Positions 11,838-25,756 of a stretch of 60,362 bases of DNA are shown here, piece by piece (the first letter of the stretch is position 1; every line of letters begins with the position of its first letter). The notes beneath the pieces are model-generated. The model worked only from the letters and a program-made list of their open reading frames with translations. It did not search any database and had not been told where the DNA came from. The position numbers and the translations under genes are program-made. The DNA comes from Catajapyx aquilonaris (taxonomy: Eukaryota), in the NCBI GenBank assembly GCA_000934665.2, contig JYFJ02002241.1, positions 1-60,362 of the forward strand, in the 5' to 3' direction.

Positions 11838-13797
11838 GTACCGTGTTGCTGCAAATGGGGCTGCTTGCAGGGTTGCGACTTGTGACTGTAGGTCTTGCAT
11901 CAGTCATATATGCATCTGGATCATTGAAATTATCATTCCAATTGATGATCCTGGCATTTTAAAACAATTGCATTATATGAATTCAAGATGCATTTGCATG
12001 TAATCACGAAGCACAAAGGGTTCGAAGAACATTACTCATCGCGACTTATACTAGAGGTTCTGGACGATTGTGCCGCAGAAGAAGAGGAGCAACTTGTAGC
12101 TCTGACAGGTAGGTTTTAAATAATACGGTATTATTATTCCATATTCACACTGCTTAATTATACTATTAGCGTAACGGCCTGTCTGACTATGACATTATTT
12201 TATTAGTTATTACAAAGTGATACTTTTTCGTACGTATATCCGGATTATTGCACTGCATTGGCTTGAATGTGGACAAGGAAATGCCAAAAGCTGACGGGGA
12301 AAAATCTTCAAACAAAACGACTAATACAATTTGATCCACTTCACAAAGTAATGTTGACATGTGAGGGACCAACTTACCCAGATAATCTGTTGGAAATAAA
12401 CAATGCCGAAAAGCGACTAACATTATAATATCGGCTTGCTGGCGCGAGTTGCCTGGCCCAAAGGTAGCAGTGGTATTCTCAATAATGTCAATCAGGTCAA
12501 TTCACCTGGTGTCTCTTCTGCCCAAGCCTCACCCGACTTGGTATGATCAAGAAATGCACCTGAGAAGACCAAGAGCAGTTTTACACAAGCAACTTAAGGA
12601 GAATAAGACGACGTGACGTCCCACTAATAACAAAATGAATATGGTAATAATTTATTAGAAAAATGTCCGTTAATTCTTGTCAAGTGTTCAGCCCATTGTG
12701 CTGCGACCAAATTAGAACTGCATGAACATTTTATTGCCATATGGACCATGGTGTTTGTGTGGATGATTTAGAACGAGCAATGCCTCGATGTACCCGGTCT
12801 ATGAATTCCATGAGAGACCATGACACATTAAACATCACAGGAGATATCATTAATGGGGATGAACTTAAATTCTCCTATGGTAACCGGTACGATTAGACAT
12901 TTTTATGCCACCACAGGCCGAAGGAGAGCAATGAGGGAATATCTCAGCCATGGCTGCTGACATGTGCCAATAATGAGGGATTCCTGCGAAATTTCAGGTA
13001 AGCCCGCTCGGAACACTGCAGCCACAACGGCCACAACGGAATTATTTCCAACGGGGATAAGGTGAGAAAAGCATTACATCTACAAGTACCGGTAGTGTGT
13101 GTTACAGTACACACTTGTTTTAACGTGAATTCGCATGTATATGAAGACATTATCGACTGGTCTGCATATTACCAAATTCCACCGACATTGCATTAGAATA
13201 TTAATTGGCAGCATGACGTTCACGTCATCGGAAGGTAATTATGCATTCCCAACAGCTCCTAATTTAAATATGATTGCTATGGCAAGCAACATACACGGCA
13301 ATAACTTTTTCAACTTAATAAATTTCTTGCAAAATGTGAACAAGCCTATGCATTTTCTTACTTACTGAAGTAACAAGGCTGGATGTTAAACAAACAGGGT
13401 ATGTGTACCCCAAATTACCTTTACAGCTGTCCCACTCACCACTTTGTTGTCAACTTCAGCTCCTTTTCTTTCTCTCTCCTGTATTAATATCAATAACAGC
13501 ATCCCAAGACAAGTGCGAAGAGTGCTTCGTGTACAGTGCACATCACAATGACGAAAATCACACGCCAAGAAGACTGAACATAAAACAACAGCAGCTGATG
13601 CGAGAGAAAAGTACCAAGAGGATTCTGCCATTGAACACATTGCATCCAGGGAACGAAATCGTGAGATAGCGGAAATTGTGTTGCCAAAAGGACCCAAGTA
13701 TAGATATAAAATATATGTGGCGAGGAATGGCCTCACTGCATTTTGCTCGGAAACCACTGATGTACAACGTGACGTGGTGTTTCTAAATATTCAAAAT

Positions 13798-14491
13798 TTA
13801 TTGTCTTGGCATAACTGAAGAGTCATCATACATTATAAGACCGAAGACCATTAACTGCAAATGAAGATATGCACACACTATTTCGTCAAAATTATGGCTT
13901 ACATGCAAATAGGAATCGTTATTGCATAACACAGTCCAAATATTGTTCATGCCGAATTGTATGCTTCTAGAGGCGAGAATTGCATTGCACAGACTTGCCC
14001 CGATATAATCATCTGTGTCCACATTTCTCATTAACCCAACACCCGAGTAACAACCAATTTCATGATGTTGAACGTTATGCACGCACGCGTGTCGTTGAGA
14101 AAACAATCTGCAAAGAGGAGAAAGACAGCAATGAACATGTTTAGTTAATGTTCCGGCTTGGAGACGTGACATTTTGTGAAAATTCCTGGACAGGTCTTTT
14201 TGCAGTATCAAAACCAGGGAATGTTCACCTTCTGTCCCGTCTCCAAGCTGCAACATTCGCTCGTAGTCGGAACATACTCCGAAACAACTTACGTGTCAAT
14301 TTCATCCCTGGAATGAGTTTCAGCAGACCTGGAGCATAGGGAATTCCTGGAATGTCCGGGAAGCCTTTGTCATCCGGTCTGTCTGTGGTTTGTTTTGGAC
14401 GAAATGGGAACCGGATTCTGGGAATCTGAGGAGCAGCCTGCAGTGATGCTCCTAGGAGGACGAGGAATACGATGCAGAGTGACCCACGCAT
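13798..14491 (-). CDS. Candidate spliced gene for a small secreted Pro/Arg-rich, Cys-containing protein
   Basis: ATG at 14491 in GCAACAATG context. Signal-peptide-like MRGSLCIVFLVLLGASLQA then APQIPRIRFPFRPK. A phase-2 GT-AG intron 14228-14108 (strong pyrimidine tract) joins in frame to an exon with 4 Cys; stop at 13798. Two optional in-frame 45- and 48-bp GTAAG..CAG introns. Confidence 0.45.
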
Positions 14492-15299
14492 TGTTGCACT
14501 TGTTGCTCTGCTTATTTTATGTGCCACACTGATCCAAGAGCTACACTTCTGGTGATCTGAACCAGTCACCCCCGAGCAGACAGAGGAATTCCTGCCATCC
14601 ATTCATACCCGCAAATGTATTGTTGCATTGTGTGTGTTGCAGCTGTGTTTTGTTCCACTCCCTGCTCAACCGCATTACGGCCTTGTGTGATACGAGGAAA
14701 TTAAAAAGCCAGATCGATGCAACACATGCCTGTACCACAAGCACTGTTCATTGCAACATTATAAAATTCAGGTGCAATAAATCATGCAGACTAGATGCAA
14801 GTGGAAGGCGTCAGAGGAGGAGGAGGGAGAGGCTGACTCGTAACACCCAAATAGAGGCACACTTGGAGCAAGTGTGCGTCACAATTTATTAACTCTGCAA
14901 CGAGCCAAATTATTTACATCTGAGCACACACCTAATTGTTCATTACCCCCAACCCCCACAGGCTGGCCAGCACAACAGACAAATGCTTCAGGCTCAACAG
15001 AGACACAAGAATTACCTGGAGAAATCGCCCAGTGACTACAGGAACATGTGAGACTGTACAGTGCCCGACAAAATAGCATTCCGTAAATGTGTGGCGATTA
15101 ACACAGGCAAAAATCATTGTGTATTTTAAGGAACATCTGGGTAGCATCAAGATTTCTTACGGCATGGCTGGTGTGCACTGGAAGCAGTATACAAGACTCA
15201 GAACAGCGCGCACAGGAGCAGTGTCAAGCCAAGCTCGACAAAGTCCAACCAAATACGTATTATACCACCATTGAATAAAGTAGACAGATTTGGAGGAAA

Positions 15300-15530
15300 T
15301 ATTAACGACGATGCAAGACTGCAAGGAGATTGCGTGACATGGGCAATGGAGGCGCAACAACCAGCGGATTTTTAGGGATGACGTACCTAAACGTCATGGA
15401 AACATGGGAAGACACGGACCATACAGTCAGACGCTGCCTAAAAAGGTATGATGATGAAGAAGGGACAGTGCAGCCAGGCCCCGACGCGACGGTGGAAAAC
15501 AACCCCTGTTGCAATGTTGGTTCAACAAAG
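15300..15530 (+). pseudogene. Possible Tc1/mariner N-terminal HTH remnant
   Basis: TVRRCLKRYDDEEGTVQP resembles the Tc1 paired-like HTH followed by the GRPR region. Confidence 0.35.
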
Positions 15531-15740
15531 TAACACCGACTGAGAGTGACAGACTGTGTCAGAGTCCCAAGTGTTGCTCTGTAGCTGCTTCATCCCCCAC
15601 ATAAAAGGACGCACAAGGACACAATTGAATTTATTCCAAAACAGGGAAATGCATGTTCACCCTTTATTGCTGGAAAGGACATACGCTATACGAAGATCCG
15701 AGGCAAGATGATGGGGACTGGTTTAGGTCAAATTGTTTAG

Positions 15741-17177
15741 TTAGGGGGAAGATGTGATAACGTGTCTTCCTCCTCCAGTCTCGGCGCCTTTGAATTGCGC
15801 CAGAACAATCAGGTATGTGGTCACAGCACCTGCAATCTGATATTTATCATATTACGATCAAAGCTAATTTCAAAATGACACACTCTGACTCTCACCGAAG
15901 TCACCAGTCCACGGTTGATGGCAAAGAAACTGGCTGCTGTTATTTGGACTGGAGGACCACTCATCAGCTTAATTAATCCCTTAATCTGCATTATGGACAA
16001 AAAAAGGTTACTGCACATGTCCTCCCAACATAAATATTCAGCTTTGCTAACCTGCGCTTTGCACTCCGAGGCCTTCTTTAGAGCGCACACTCGGATCAGA
16101 TCTGGCAATGAAGTGGTTGCCTGTAACCAAACAATAATTACGACTGATTACACATGTTAGGCAATGAGTCTGTGCACTTAGTTTTGGAGAACATTCGTCA
16201 GAACTTGCCTGGTTTGGAATCGAGCCCAACAGAACTGTAAACAAAACCACAGTCAAGATGTTGCATGAAATATTCACGACGAAAGCTGCAATCGCACCTT
16301 CTGTGCCTCTTTCGGTAAGTATGACTATATAAAAGCTAAAACCCATGATGGGCACTATGAAAAAAAGGTAAAGAAAAATCAAGGGCACCCCGTAGCATCG
16401 GGACACATCGTCCACTAGGCGGATGCAGGAAGAAAACTGATCCAACAGCTGATCGTAATCCGGTTTGACCCATTTCTCCGGGTCATTCTGGTCGCAAATG
16501 TTGTGACATATGTTGCTAATGGCTCGGTTAATTTCCTGCAGAATTTTGCTAATTATCACTGCCAAGTAGGCCACATGCGTCATGAGTATGTGGGCCAATA
16601 AGGAACTGTGCCACACAAGGATGAAAAATGAGATGAATAGGAAATCAATATTTGCACCGCGCAATATTTCATCGACCACAATGCAAAAAGTGCTTATAAA
16701 TGTGAAGATCATGCACAGTATGACCACTGTTATCGAGTATGTTCGCAACGTGGATTGGTTTAATGAGACGCCGATGGATGACAGTTGGCGCATTATTACT
16801 TGCGAATCCTGAATTTTAGTCTGCATTAGAATCAGCACTAGCCATGGACACAGCACCACAACCGCAACATGACACACGAAAGCTATTCTCTCCGTGGATC
16901 CCATAGTAAATGTCTCTGCCACTATTGGTAATCCACACCAGCTGTAGACGGTCACATAGGCGACAAACGTGACGACATGAATTAAAACGGGCCATCCCTT
17001 GAACCATTTCCTATTCCCGAAATCTGCCAAGTCTAGTGTCAAAGGGCACTGCAAATATCCACCGAAAGCACTGAGAACTGCGATTGGCTTGTAAGATATC
17101 CAGAAGGAGGGATCGGGTGTGGTGAAAGTTGCTGCAGAACTTAGGAAACGTGTCACGGGCGTTGCTGCTTGACTCAT
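15741..17177 (-). CDS. Gustatory receptor (7tm chemosensory receptor superfamily), 407 aa, apparently intact
   Basis: Exons 17177-16209, 16120-16052, 15985-15896 and 15836-15741. Three phase-0 introns of 88 bp (GC-AG), 66 bp and 59 bp. Multiple hydrophobic helices, and C-terminus ITAASFFAINRGLVTSIAGAVTTYLIVLAQF carrying the TYhhhhhQF signature. AATAAA signals on the minus strand near 15663 and 15630. Confidence 0.92.
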
Positions 17178-18624
17178 TTTCCGAGAGTACAAAATTCAAG
17201 CAGATAGTTGCAGAAAGACTCCTTGCGTGTGACTGAAACACTTGGTGGGTTTGATAAATTTTCTAAGGTTACATGACTTCTCTCACTGGATAATACGCGA
17301 GGCGCACGACATACGGAATTGTAGGCCATTAATCATCCAAGCCGATCAATGTCGTTACAAATGCTTCCAATGGTGAGAGAGAAGGACGTGAACGGGGACT
17401 CTCAACATTTAACATGCTGGTAGGCACCAAAATGTTGATATAAACTTGAGGAATTTTAATGATAATTTACCGATCCTTTCAATATTCATAGGCGATTGTA
17501 AGCAATTTCCCATTCGTACTAGCAGCAGGCAGCAGTTAATCAATATTGATTATTGCAAACGACATGTCATTTCGCTTATTACGCAAGTCTTCAGTAACCT
17601 ACCATATGCCGTATTTTCATATTGCAGACATTTTCACTGGCCATTCAAACATGCACGTTCCATTGGCTTTGTCTTAAGAAAATTACATCAGCATCAGTTG
17701 AGAAATTTGCAAGCGAACGACATAATCCTACGTATGAAGCCATATTCGCTGGCTTCGGAGGACACGGGCCTCCATATTGTACAGAAGGAAAGTGCAATTA
17801 ATTGTACCTGAAATCATACGACCGAAATTAGGAAAGAAGAAGCAGATCTTCAAAGAAAGCCCAAATGGCGACAACCAACAATCAAGAGCGTTACGGATAA
17901 ACACAATGACTAAGGCTGGCACACTTGAGGTTACTAGGTGGCAGGCGAGTGCCACTTAATTTGTAATAATAACGGTCCAAGGCTCATGAGGTCACCCAGG
18001 TTGCTACATCAATTCCCAAGGATAGGGCGAAATCCACTATACCCAAATATACCGTACATAAACTTCCACGTTATGACAAATGAAGGCATTACTAGTGTCT
18101 TATTGATCAACTGTCGCTTAGAATACTGCATGTAATACACCCATCACCTAAGGGTCACAAACCCCCACCGTGTTGTTGTTGTAAGGCGTGACTCGCCTTC
18201 TGGAAGTGGTTGCACATGAGTTCACCGCTCCCCTAAGAATAGCGCTCATCTTGCACCCTTTTTGTGAAACGTTGACACAACGTACAAAGCCCAAAAAATA
18301 GGCCGAGTTTAACCCCGATCATAACAATATGAAGAAAAGAAAAACATCCGAAGCCTCGATTTATATACATTCTCAGGGGATGAATCGCTGAACTTGAGAT
18401 CACTTGAGATAATTACTAGGTCTGGCGACTTGCTGAATCCACGCACTTCAGGTCGATAAAAGTAATTGTAATTTGTACTGATCATCTGTGGGACTACAGG
18501 TGACCAAGACACGGAAACATAATATGCCGAAGTGACTGGCATTAAAACTATCCATACACTCCCTACATATCACGTGAACGTTGGAGAACGTGATCAATTC
18601 TGTTTCACCCTTACAACACGTATT

Positions 18625-18771
18625 GTATCATCAGTTGAAAAAGAACTGTCCCAGTCATCCTGACGTGTGGGCTGGCCGCTCGACACACACCATGTAAGTT
18701 ACATGGTGTGTGTCGAGCGGGCAGCACACACATCAGGATGACTGGGACAATTCTTTTTCAACTGATGATAC
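18625..18771. repeat. 147-bp near-perfect palindrome
   Basis: 73-bp arms (18625-18697 and 18699-18771) around a single G at 18698, with 4 mismatches. Confidence 0.95.
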
Positions 18772-19399
18772 CAATACATTGAACAGAGGCATCACTGAGT
18801 AGTAAGATAAGCATGGTAGGTCAGCTACTGACCAAAATAATAACCTGCCCACGATGTCAAACTCGCGCCATTACAGACAACAACAAGGGAGTACACACAA
18901 AAAAAAAAACTCCTCCAATAATGATTTCTGTTTTCGCATGCGATTCATATCTATAATTATATTTTGTACACGAAAGTAGATGCCGCTCGATTTCACACTG
19001 ATTAACAACGGGAGGATATTGCTCCTCGACGAAGGATGCAGCCATTCATTCCAGAAACCTGGCTCAGGGTGAAAAGAAATTTGGAGTTGCACGGATGAAT
19101 GATACAGGACCAGCCAACTACCGCAAGCAGAGACTACAAGTACGCTTGCACAAGACAACCACGCCTGTTCATTCTTTTTTGGACGTATCCATATTACATT
19201 CATACTCACTGTCAGTAATAACCAACAGGCCTAAAACAGACTGCTTTAGAAAGATGATCATGCCTGGAATTATTATTCCTCTCATTGGCGATGAAACGAC
19301 TGTAGAGAAACGACCTGAAAAACTACAGCCTACCTGTCATGTAAGACACACGATATGCACACACATTGGATTATATTATATTCTTCTGGCTGTTCCCAG

Positions 19400-19590
19400 G
19401 TGTTTGTTTTGATGACTATAAACTTGCCGAAGACGCCACACTTGACCTGAAGGATAAGAATGGGGACACACTCTTGCATCACGCCGCTTTGTTGAAACAT
19501 TACAACATAGTGAGGCTTTTAGTTGGGCATGATGGATACCTCATCAACTCTATACACAAAATTTTACTCACATGGATAAGGACTGTGTGA
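19400..19590 (+). pseudogene. Isolated ankyrin-repeat exon fragment
   Basis: ATLDLKDKNGDTLLHHAALLKHYNIVRLLV matches the ankyrin consensus and follows a pyrimidine tract plus CAG acceptor near 19399. Confidence 0.55.
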
Positions 19591-21220
19591 TGCGTGAAAT
19601 AAAATACGCAATTCGACACCACCCGACAGAAATTACAACACACAAAATCCACCAGTAAATAGTATGGCTGTATCATAAGTAATAGATTTATAAGTCCTTC
19701 ACAGGCCAGGCCAACCCCACGCCAACTTGTACGGGCCAGACGTATGTGCATTGTGAAAATAAAGAGATGTATAAGAGTATATTCACTTGGGGCCAGTGCT
19801 GTCACACTCCATAGAGCTACCGGAGTTTAGACCACCAAAAAGGATGACTGATCTGGACGTGGGCATCTGGAACTCGACCCGGAGGCCCAACAGGTAGGTA
19901 AAAATCACAAGACAGCTCCACACTGGCGTCGTCCCGTCTGGTTCTTGCAAATGCACAGTATACATTAGTTGATTTCAATCCTTCAGTACACCAAGGCACC
20001 ATCAACCAAGACGGTGGTAGTGCAAGATTGAAAGATGATTAACAACCTCACCCAAGGACGACGTACTATAGCTTAGATGCACAATACATGATCTGCTGGA
20101 AGTGACGAATCTGCAGGGGGTCTACACAAATGGCTATTATCAAGAGGGAACATCAAAGATGTGCACTGATGAACATTGCGCAGGGTGTAGTCCACTTACA
20201 AGGTCACCAGTGTAACTCAGCAAAAAATGACTACTGACACTTTCAATATTATTTAGGTGAGTCATGTGTACATCAAGATCTTGCAAATTAGATTACAGCT
20301 ACATTCCCATCCAAAAAAGAGTGATCAATTACAGACCGAGACAGCAAACTTGGTTTTTTGGGAGGACTAAACATGACCCCATGTGCCACAAAGTTAGCCA
20401 TAAAAATCCTTCCAGTATAAACTGTTACGAGATGATTTCGCAACAATGATGGAATACCAAACGGACCTCTTTAAACGTGCCGTCACCGGCAGAGTCGTTT
20501 ATTAATTCCCCTATAGATTGTGGCTGCGACGAAAATCTTTTAAGGAGTTCAGGGAGGTTTGTTCCAAGTTTCGCCCGCACCGTTTAATTATTTCAGTTAC
20601 TATTAGTTATGAAGACTTTTTCTCCCGCAGTTTTGTCTTACGTTAGATCAGATAACCATGTTATACAGAGAAGACGACGAAAAATCTGAGGCTGAATGCA
20701 GAGAACCGCACATTAAAGCGGTGGTTTGCCGATTATGAGAAGGAGACCAGACGGAAGGAAAAACTACTCGAGGGTAAGTGGCTTCACATGAATCAATTCT
20801 TCAAATTTATCCCAAAATCACGTCTTCAATGCGCCAAAGACAAGACCAATCCATAGGTCACCCCTATTTTCCAATCAAAACTATTAACTTCTGGAAAAAT
20901 GTGAAACCATTGCCAATTCCCGAAAGAAATTTTGCACTAGATGTTTGACCCGTAATCTACTCAGCCTTAGAAAATCGTAGAATGTTAAATTTGGGTGGCT
21001 GAAAGTACTAATATATTAATTAATATTTATCATGAGTTTCCAAAATGAAAAATTGGCTCGGGGTCATGTAACTGCAGGTCATCAGTAACAAATGTCAACA
21101 GGGGAGGCATTGCCTACATTAGAAAAAAGTTGCGTATATTAAAATGAAGGTCACTTGCAAAAGTAATGCGTCATGGAATACATCGTATTGTAGGTGCATA
21201 ATACAAATAGGCAAGTATTA

Positions 21221-21357
21221 GAAAAAATCCCTACCCTTACCCCATGTCCTTTCATCCTTGCACCGGAGTTAGAAGAAAAATAGAAAATTGAAGGAAAAAT
21301 GGTGGTATTCCACTCCCCTATAAGGGCCTATGGCCCTATCACGGGGTACATAAAAAA
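21221..21357 (+). mobile_element. 5'-truncated copy of the tRNA-derived SINE
   Basis: Near-identical to the 3' part of 47730-48086. A-tail present. 12-bp TSD AGGCAAGTATTA at 21209-21220 and 21358-21369. Confidence 0.9.
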
Positions 21358-22394
21358 AGGCAAGTATTACTGTAAAGCACGATACCTTTCCTTTTCATTA
21401 TCTCTCTGTAGAGGAAGTGAAGTACTAGAAGGCTACAGTAGTAAAATGTAACTTATTCAGACATCACGTGAGCCTGACAATAGTATACGAAAAAAAAATC
21501 ACTAGTTGTTATGAGCACAATATTAAGAAATTGATGCTGTACGGGGAGGAGGTAATGCAGCTGGGAACGATGACCACCAAAACTGGCCTTCAAAGTGCGG
21601 ACACCAGAGTAGGTATATTTCTTCTAACTCTGGCACCAGTGGCACGACACACCACCCCCCGACCACAAATACATCGAGGTACTACTTATACTTCAACACA
21701 AAAAATACTAGGACAGGCTTATAAAGTGATCCCTCAAACCACTTATTCTTCTTATATGTACTGTCTCCTACCCCAATGTAACTAAATTGTAGCACAACCC
21801 TCACATTGTGGAGAGAATAGTGCAACATTTGACTATGTCCGTTTTGCAGGATGTGAAAGAAGGGCAAGAAAATTCCGAGAAACAGAGGTCATTGATATAT
21901 AGGCCATAGATCGACTCCAGTTTGCGAGTAGACGACGCTACTGCCGGCATAGCTCTTCGGGGTCCCGGGAGAAACACAGGAATCCACTTAGAACATTTTT
22001 GCATCGTCAGCCGCCACATGTCTGTAAACGAAGACTACCTTGTACGAAGACTACTGAAATGCAAGATATGTCCATAAAAAGTACAACCTCGATGGCCGAG
22101 AAGGATGGCGGGCAGAAAAGAAAGGCCCAGCAGGCAGAATATGTCAGAAAAACATTGTTAACTTTCGCTAAAATTAACATCATTTACTTCACAAGTGTCG
22201 TGGGAATAATAAATGCGACTCGCATGATATGCCACTTACGACGACAGTATTCCCCATCACAGCTGCAGTATGGGAAGCCAGCCACGGGCTGAACTCTCGC
22301 GGCCATGCTTGTGACCAATCTCGTGTCGCAGGCTCTCAGCTTATAAGGACGCCACTGTAGCATCCTTAAGCGAAGAGCCTGCGACACGAGAGGA

Positions 22395-24410
22395 AGACGA
22401 TGGGAGACCTATAATATCAGGATGTGAAGCAATCTAGTTGCAACCATACCCACTGAAGAAGAGAAACGTTATTACCCTCCTGTGACATCCCTTGAAAAAG
22501 AGCTCTGCCATCTAAAGAATGTTGATGCCATAATTACAATGCCAAATAATGACGATTATAACACGAAATGCATTTTTGTATATGCTTAATGATAATAAGA
22601 TATGTGGATTTGGAAATGTCTCATTCGGCACATCATGGAAATGTGGTATCACTAAAAAACCATTAAAATACGCTTGGCCGAGGCGCGCCTTCCTTGCGGC
22701 ACCGCAGGACAGAAAACCATTCGTGACCGCGTCGAATCGCCACGATAGGCTTACCTTTTGTGGCAAGTATAAGCCGTTAAGCAATCTGTATGTACTATTC
22801 TTTGCAAATAATTAATGGACTGATATCCATATACTGCATGAAATGCACCCATCTACCTCCGACCCACTCACTTTTGTTTCTCTCTCATACCAAATGCATA
22901 ATATACTGAAGTATTGTTATGTGTCAGTTGCATTCAGGGGCATTACTGTCTATGGAACTGGGACCCAAAGGAGACTACCCTCAGGGCTAAGCAGCTGGCT
23001 TCAAAGCAAATAAGTATACTCGAAGTAATTAATAACAGAAATGTGATCCTAATGACATGGTGGAACGTCTTCTCATGCCCAGTGAGACGGTGTTCGGTGT
23101 GGTTTCACACATCATTACTGCAGAAGCACACAATCACTCAATATCTGGTATAGTCACAGCAGCTAAAATATATGGTCGATGAGCATGAAATTGGCGTTCA
23201 TAAGACGATAAAGATAAAAGAGTGGAATTGACAACGATTCAGTTCATGAGAAGTGAGGACACAGAGGGCCGAGTTTTCACAATGCAGAGATACCAGCCAT
23301 CTCGTTAAGTACACATGCCGGATGTGGATATTTGAAATTATAATTATAATTGATTATTCTGGCATTATAAAACAATTCTACACTGCATGAATTCAAGCCC
23401 AAGTAAGCAACCTTCATGGCAGCAGAGAGCAACGTACTAATTAACCTCACCTCAATATTATTTTTTGCATAGGCATCAACAAAATCAACGTCAAATAACA
23501 TATGATGGAAAGAAGCAAAAAAAAAAAAAAAAATGCTCATATCTAATTTATTAAGAGAAGCTTTGAAACCTCTGATCTTCTTGTACCCTCTTTACCACCT
23601 AGTTCTTCCGTTTCGTCACACATTTGGCATTCTCTTTACTGCTTGCTTTGGAGATATCACTTCTTACCCAGCCAGTGCAGTGTCCAGATCCGCAATTCCA
23701 TCAAATAGCCCCCCGATGGTCACATTAGATCACGTGAAAAATATAGTTAAAGTGCTACTGCAATTATATACCATAGATGCCCATTGGAAAAATAATGTGT
23801 GGCATAATCCAAAGCTTTCATCACCACGCTATTGCAGACCAGTCTAATAATTGCAATTTTCTAAGAAAACAGCAGCCGATATTATGAGTGAAACCAGTAA
23901 TTTTTAGGACGAGATCGCGACCCTTGTACCATTTGATTCCGTGAGTTTATGGCGCCATGTATCAATTGCGCACAAAATGTACATGACAATGGTTGTTGTA
24001 CATTTATGTGCAACGTACGCACTTTTATTATTGTTAATTAATTATACACAGGGCATGCCTTAACCTAGTGCCCCTGAATGGAGCCAGACCATGGAAGAAG
24101 GAGAACCCACCTTGTCGCTGCTGTCCTCTTCTCCAGGAGACACTCCCCATGCAAACCATACAACACATTTCAGACACCAACAAAAAGTTCGTTCCCTATG
24201 TAGCATACACTGGGGATTGTGCCAGGATGGAAAACGTGTCACACCGCGTTTCGATTGCCATTGGACCTGCTTAGAAATACCAACTCCTCATGGCCGAGGG
24301 ATTTAGAAGAGGTGATGAACTCGACAGGGGAAGAGGACATATACTCGTTAAGAAGATTCGGACGGACAGAAGATTGAGGGAACAACTAGTGCACGCTAGA
24401 CTGATGAGAA
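22395..24410 (+). mobile_element. Scattered Penelope-like fragments (near 22400-22430 and 24070-24410)
   Basis: GRPIISGC (PLE RT motif) near 22400. GARPW..PPCRCCPLL and RTDRRLREQLVHARL resemble the PLE RT-endonuclease linker. Short and degenerate. Confidence 0.3.
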
Positions 24411-25756
24411 AGACTGATGGGGGCAACGACTAGATGCTACACCCTGAGAGTGATATGACTGTCACAGAAGTTTCGGCATCTGTATCACTACGAGTGTTCA
24501 TGGATCTAACTGCCAAATGGCTATTACAAGCTTTACTCCTTAGCGTTCAAGGCAGTGCCTTGAACGCTAAGGAGAGTGAAAAAATTAACACTCATAACAA
24601 AAAAAAGAGGGGGTTTTGATGGCAGTAGTGGCCAGGTCCAATTGTATTCCATAAAGAAATTATTTAGGCTACCATACACCACTTCGAATTAGTCTACACA
24701 AGTACTGGCAGAAAATGCATTTCACCTTCATTTATCATGCGCACTTGACATTTTCCCCCCCATATAAAATGTTTTGCACAGCTCTTGTACATTCAGCAGA
24801 AATGATGCCGTATAAACATGTGCCACTTTGATTACTGGGTTTTTCTCAATCAGACCTGTTGTAATTTCATATTCTTGACACCATATCCTGCCTTCCACAT
24901 TAGAATCACCCAGCATCAATCACCACGTACAATGTTCACTGCATCCTTATTAGGAGATGAGTTCCCCCATCATAGGTACAACCTCCTAATGTGAAAGAAG
25001 AACTCAACCGCATGGTGCGAACTGAACGTGATTGAAACGGTTGATGAGCCGAGCATGGTGTGGATTACTTACGTCCACAAACTAGGCTACAATTAACGAC
25101 TGGTGTTTTCATGTCATTTTTACCAAGCAGCATCCTATTCGACGACTGGAGTGACGAGGATGAAGCACACCAGGGTCCTTACTCTCCACCGTTGAGGAAG
25201 AGATTTCGGTCAGTCTTTGGTCCATCTTCCAGTGAAGAAGAAAATGAAGAATCACAAATCAAGCACACACTAGTAAGACACTGATTCTCCAACCATACGG
25301 CAAACTGGCCCAGGGCGGGGCAATAAATATTATTATTATTATTATAGTAAGACACTGGGGATGGGTTGAAAATGCAGTGTCGTCTGATTATTGACACACT
25401 AGGGAATTTGTATGCCAAATTCATATCTGAGGGGCAGAACCTGGAAGAAGCACCTGTGAAATTGTCCTAATCCAAGTTCTGCAAACTGCGGCCTTTCTGG
25501 GTAAGACAAACAAAATCTAGCCGATAGAGATCTTTGGCTGTGCTGGCTTCTAGATCTAGATGGTATAGTACCATTGGAAATGGGTTTAATATTAAATTAG
25601 TTAGTAGTTGCAAAATGTGTTCCATTGGACAAGATTAGCAGTGCAATTAGGTTTTTTTTCGGACAGTAAAAAATCGCCCCTCATGTATTAAGAAATCTCC
25701 TGAGACACCACTGCAGGGTCAAACTGCCGTGCAACATTGGTGTTTTCTTATAATAT

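Noticed and set aside
16047..17192. 381-aa single-exon membrane protein ORF as listed in the ORF track
   Set aside because: It starts at TTG and its last 53 residues are intron and out-of-frame sequence. The spliced model restores the GR C-terminal signature.
22452..22472. CTGAAGA..GAAACGTT possible second hammerhead
   Set aside because: Stem II is missing and stem I is unconvincing, so it is at most a dead remnant.
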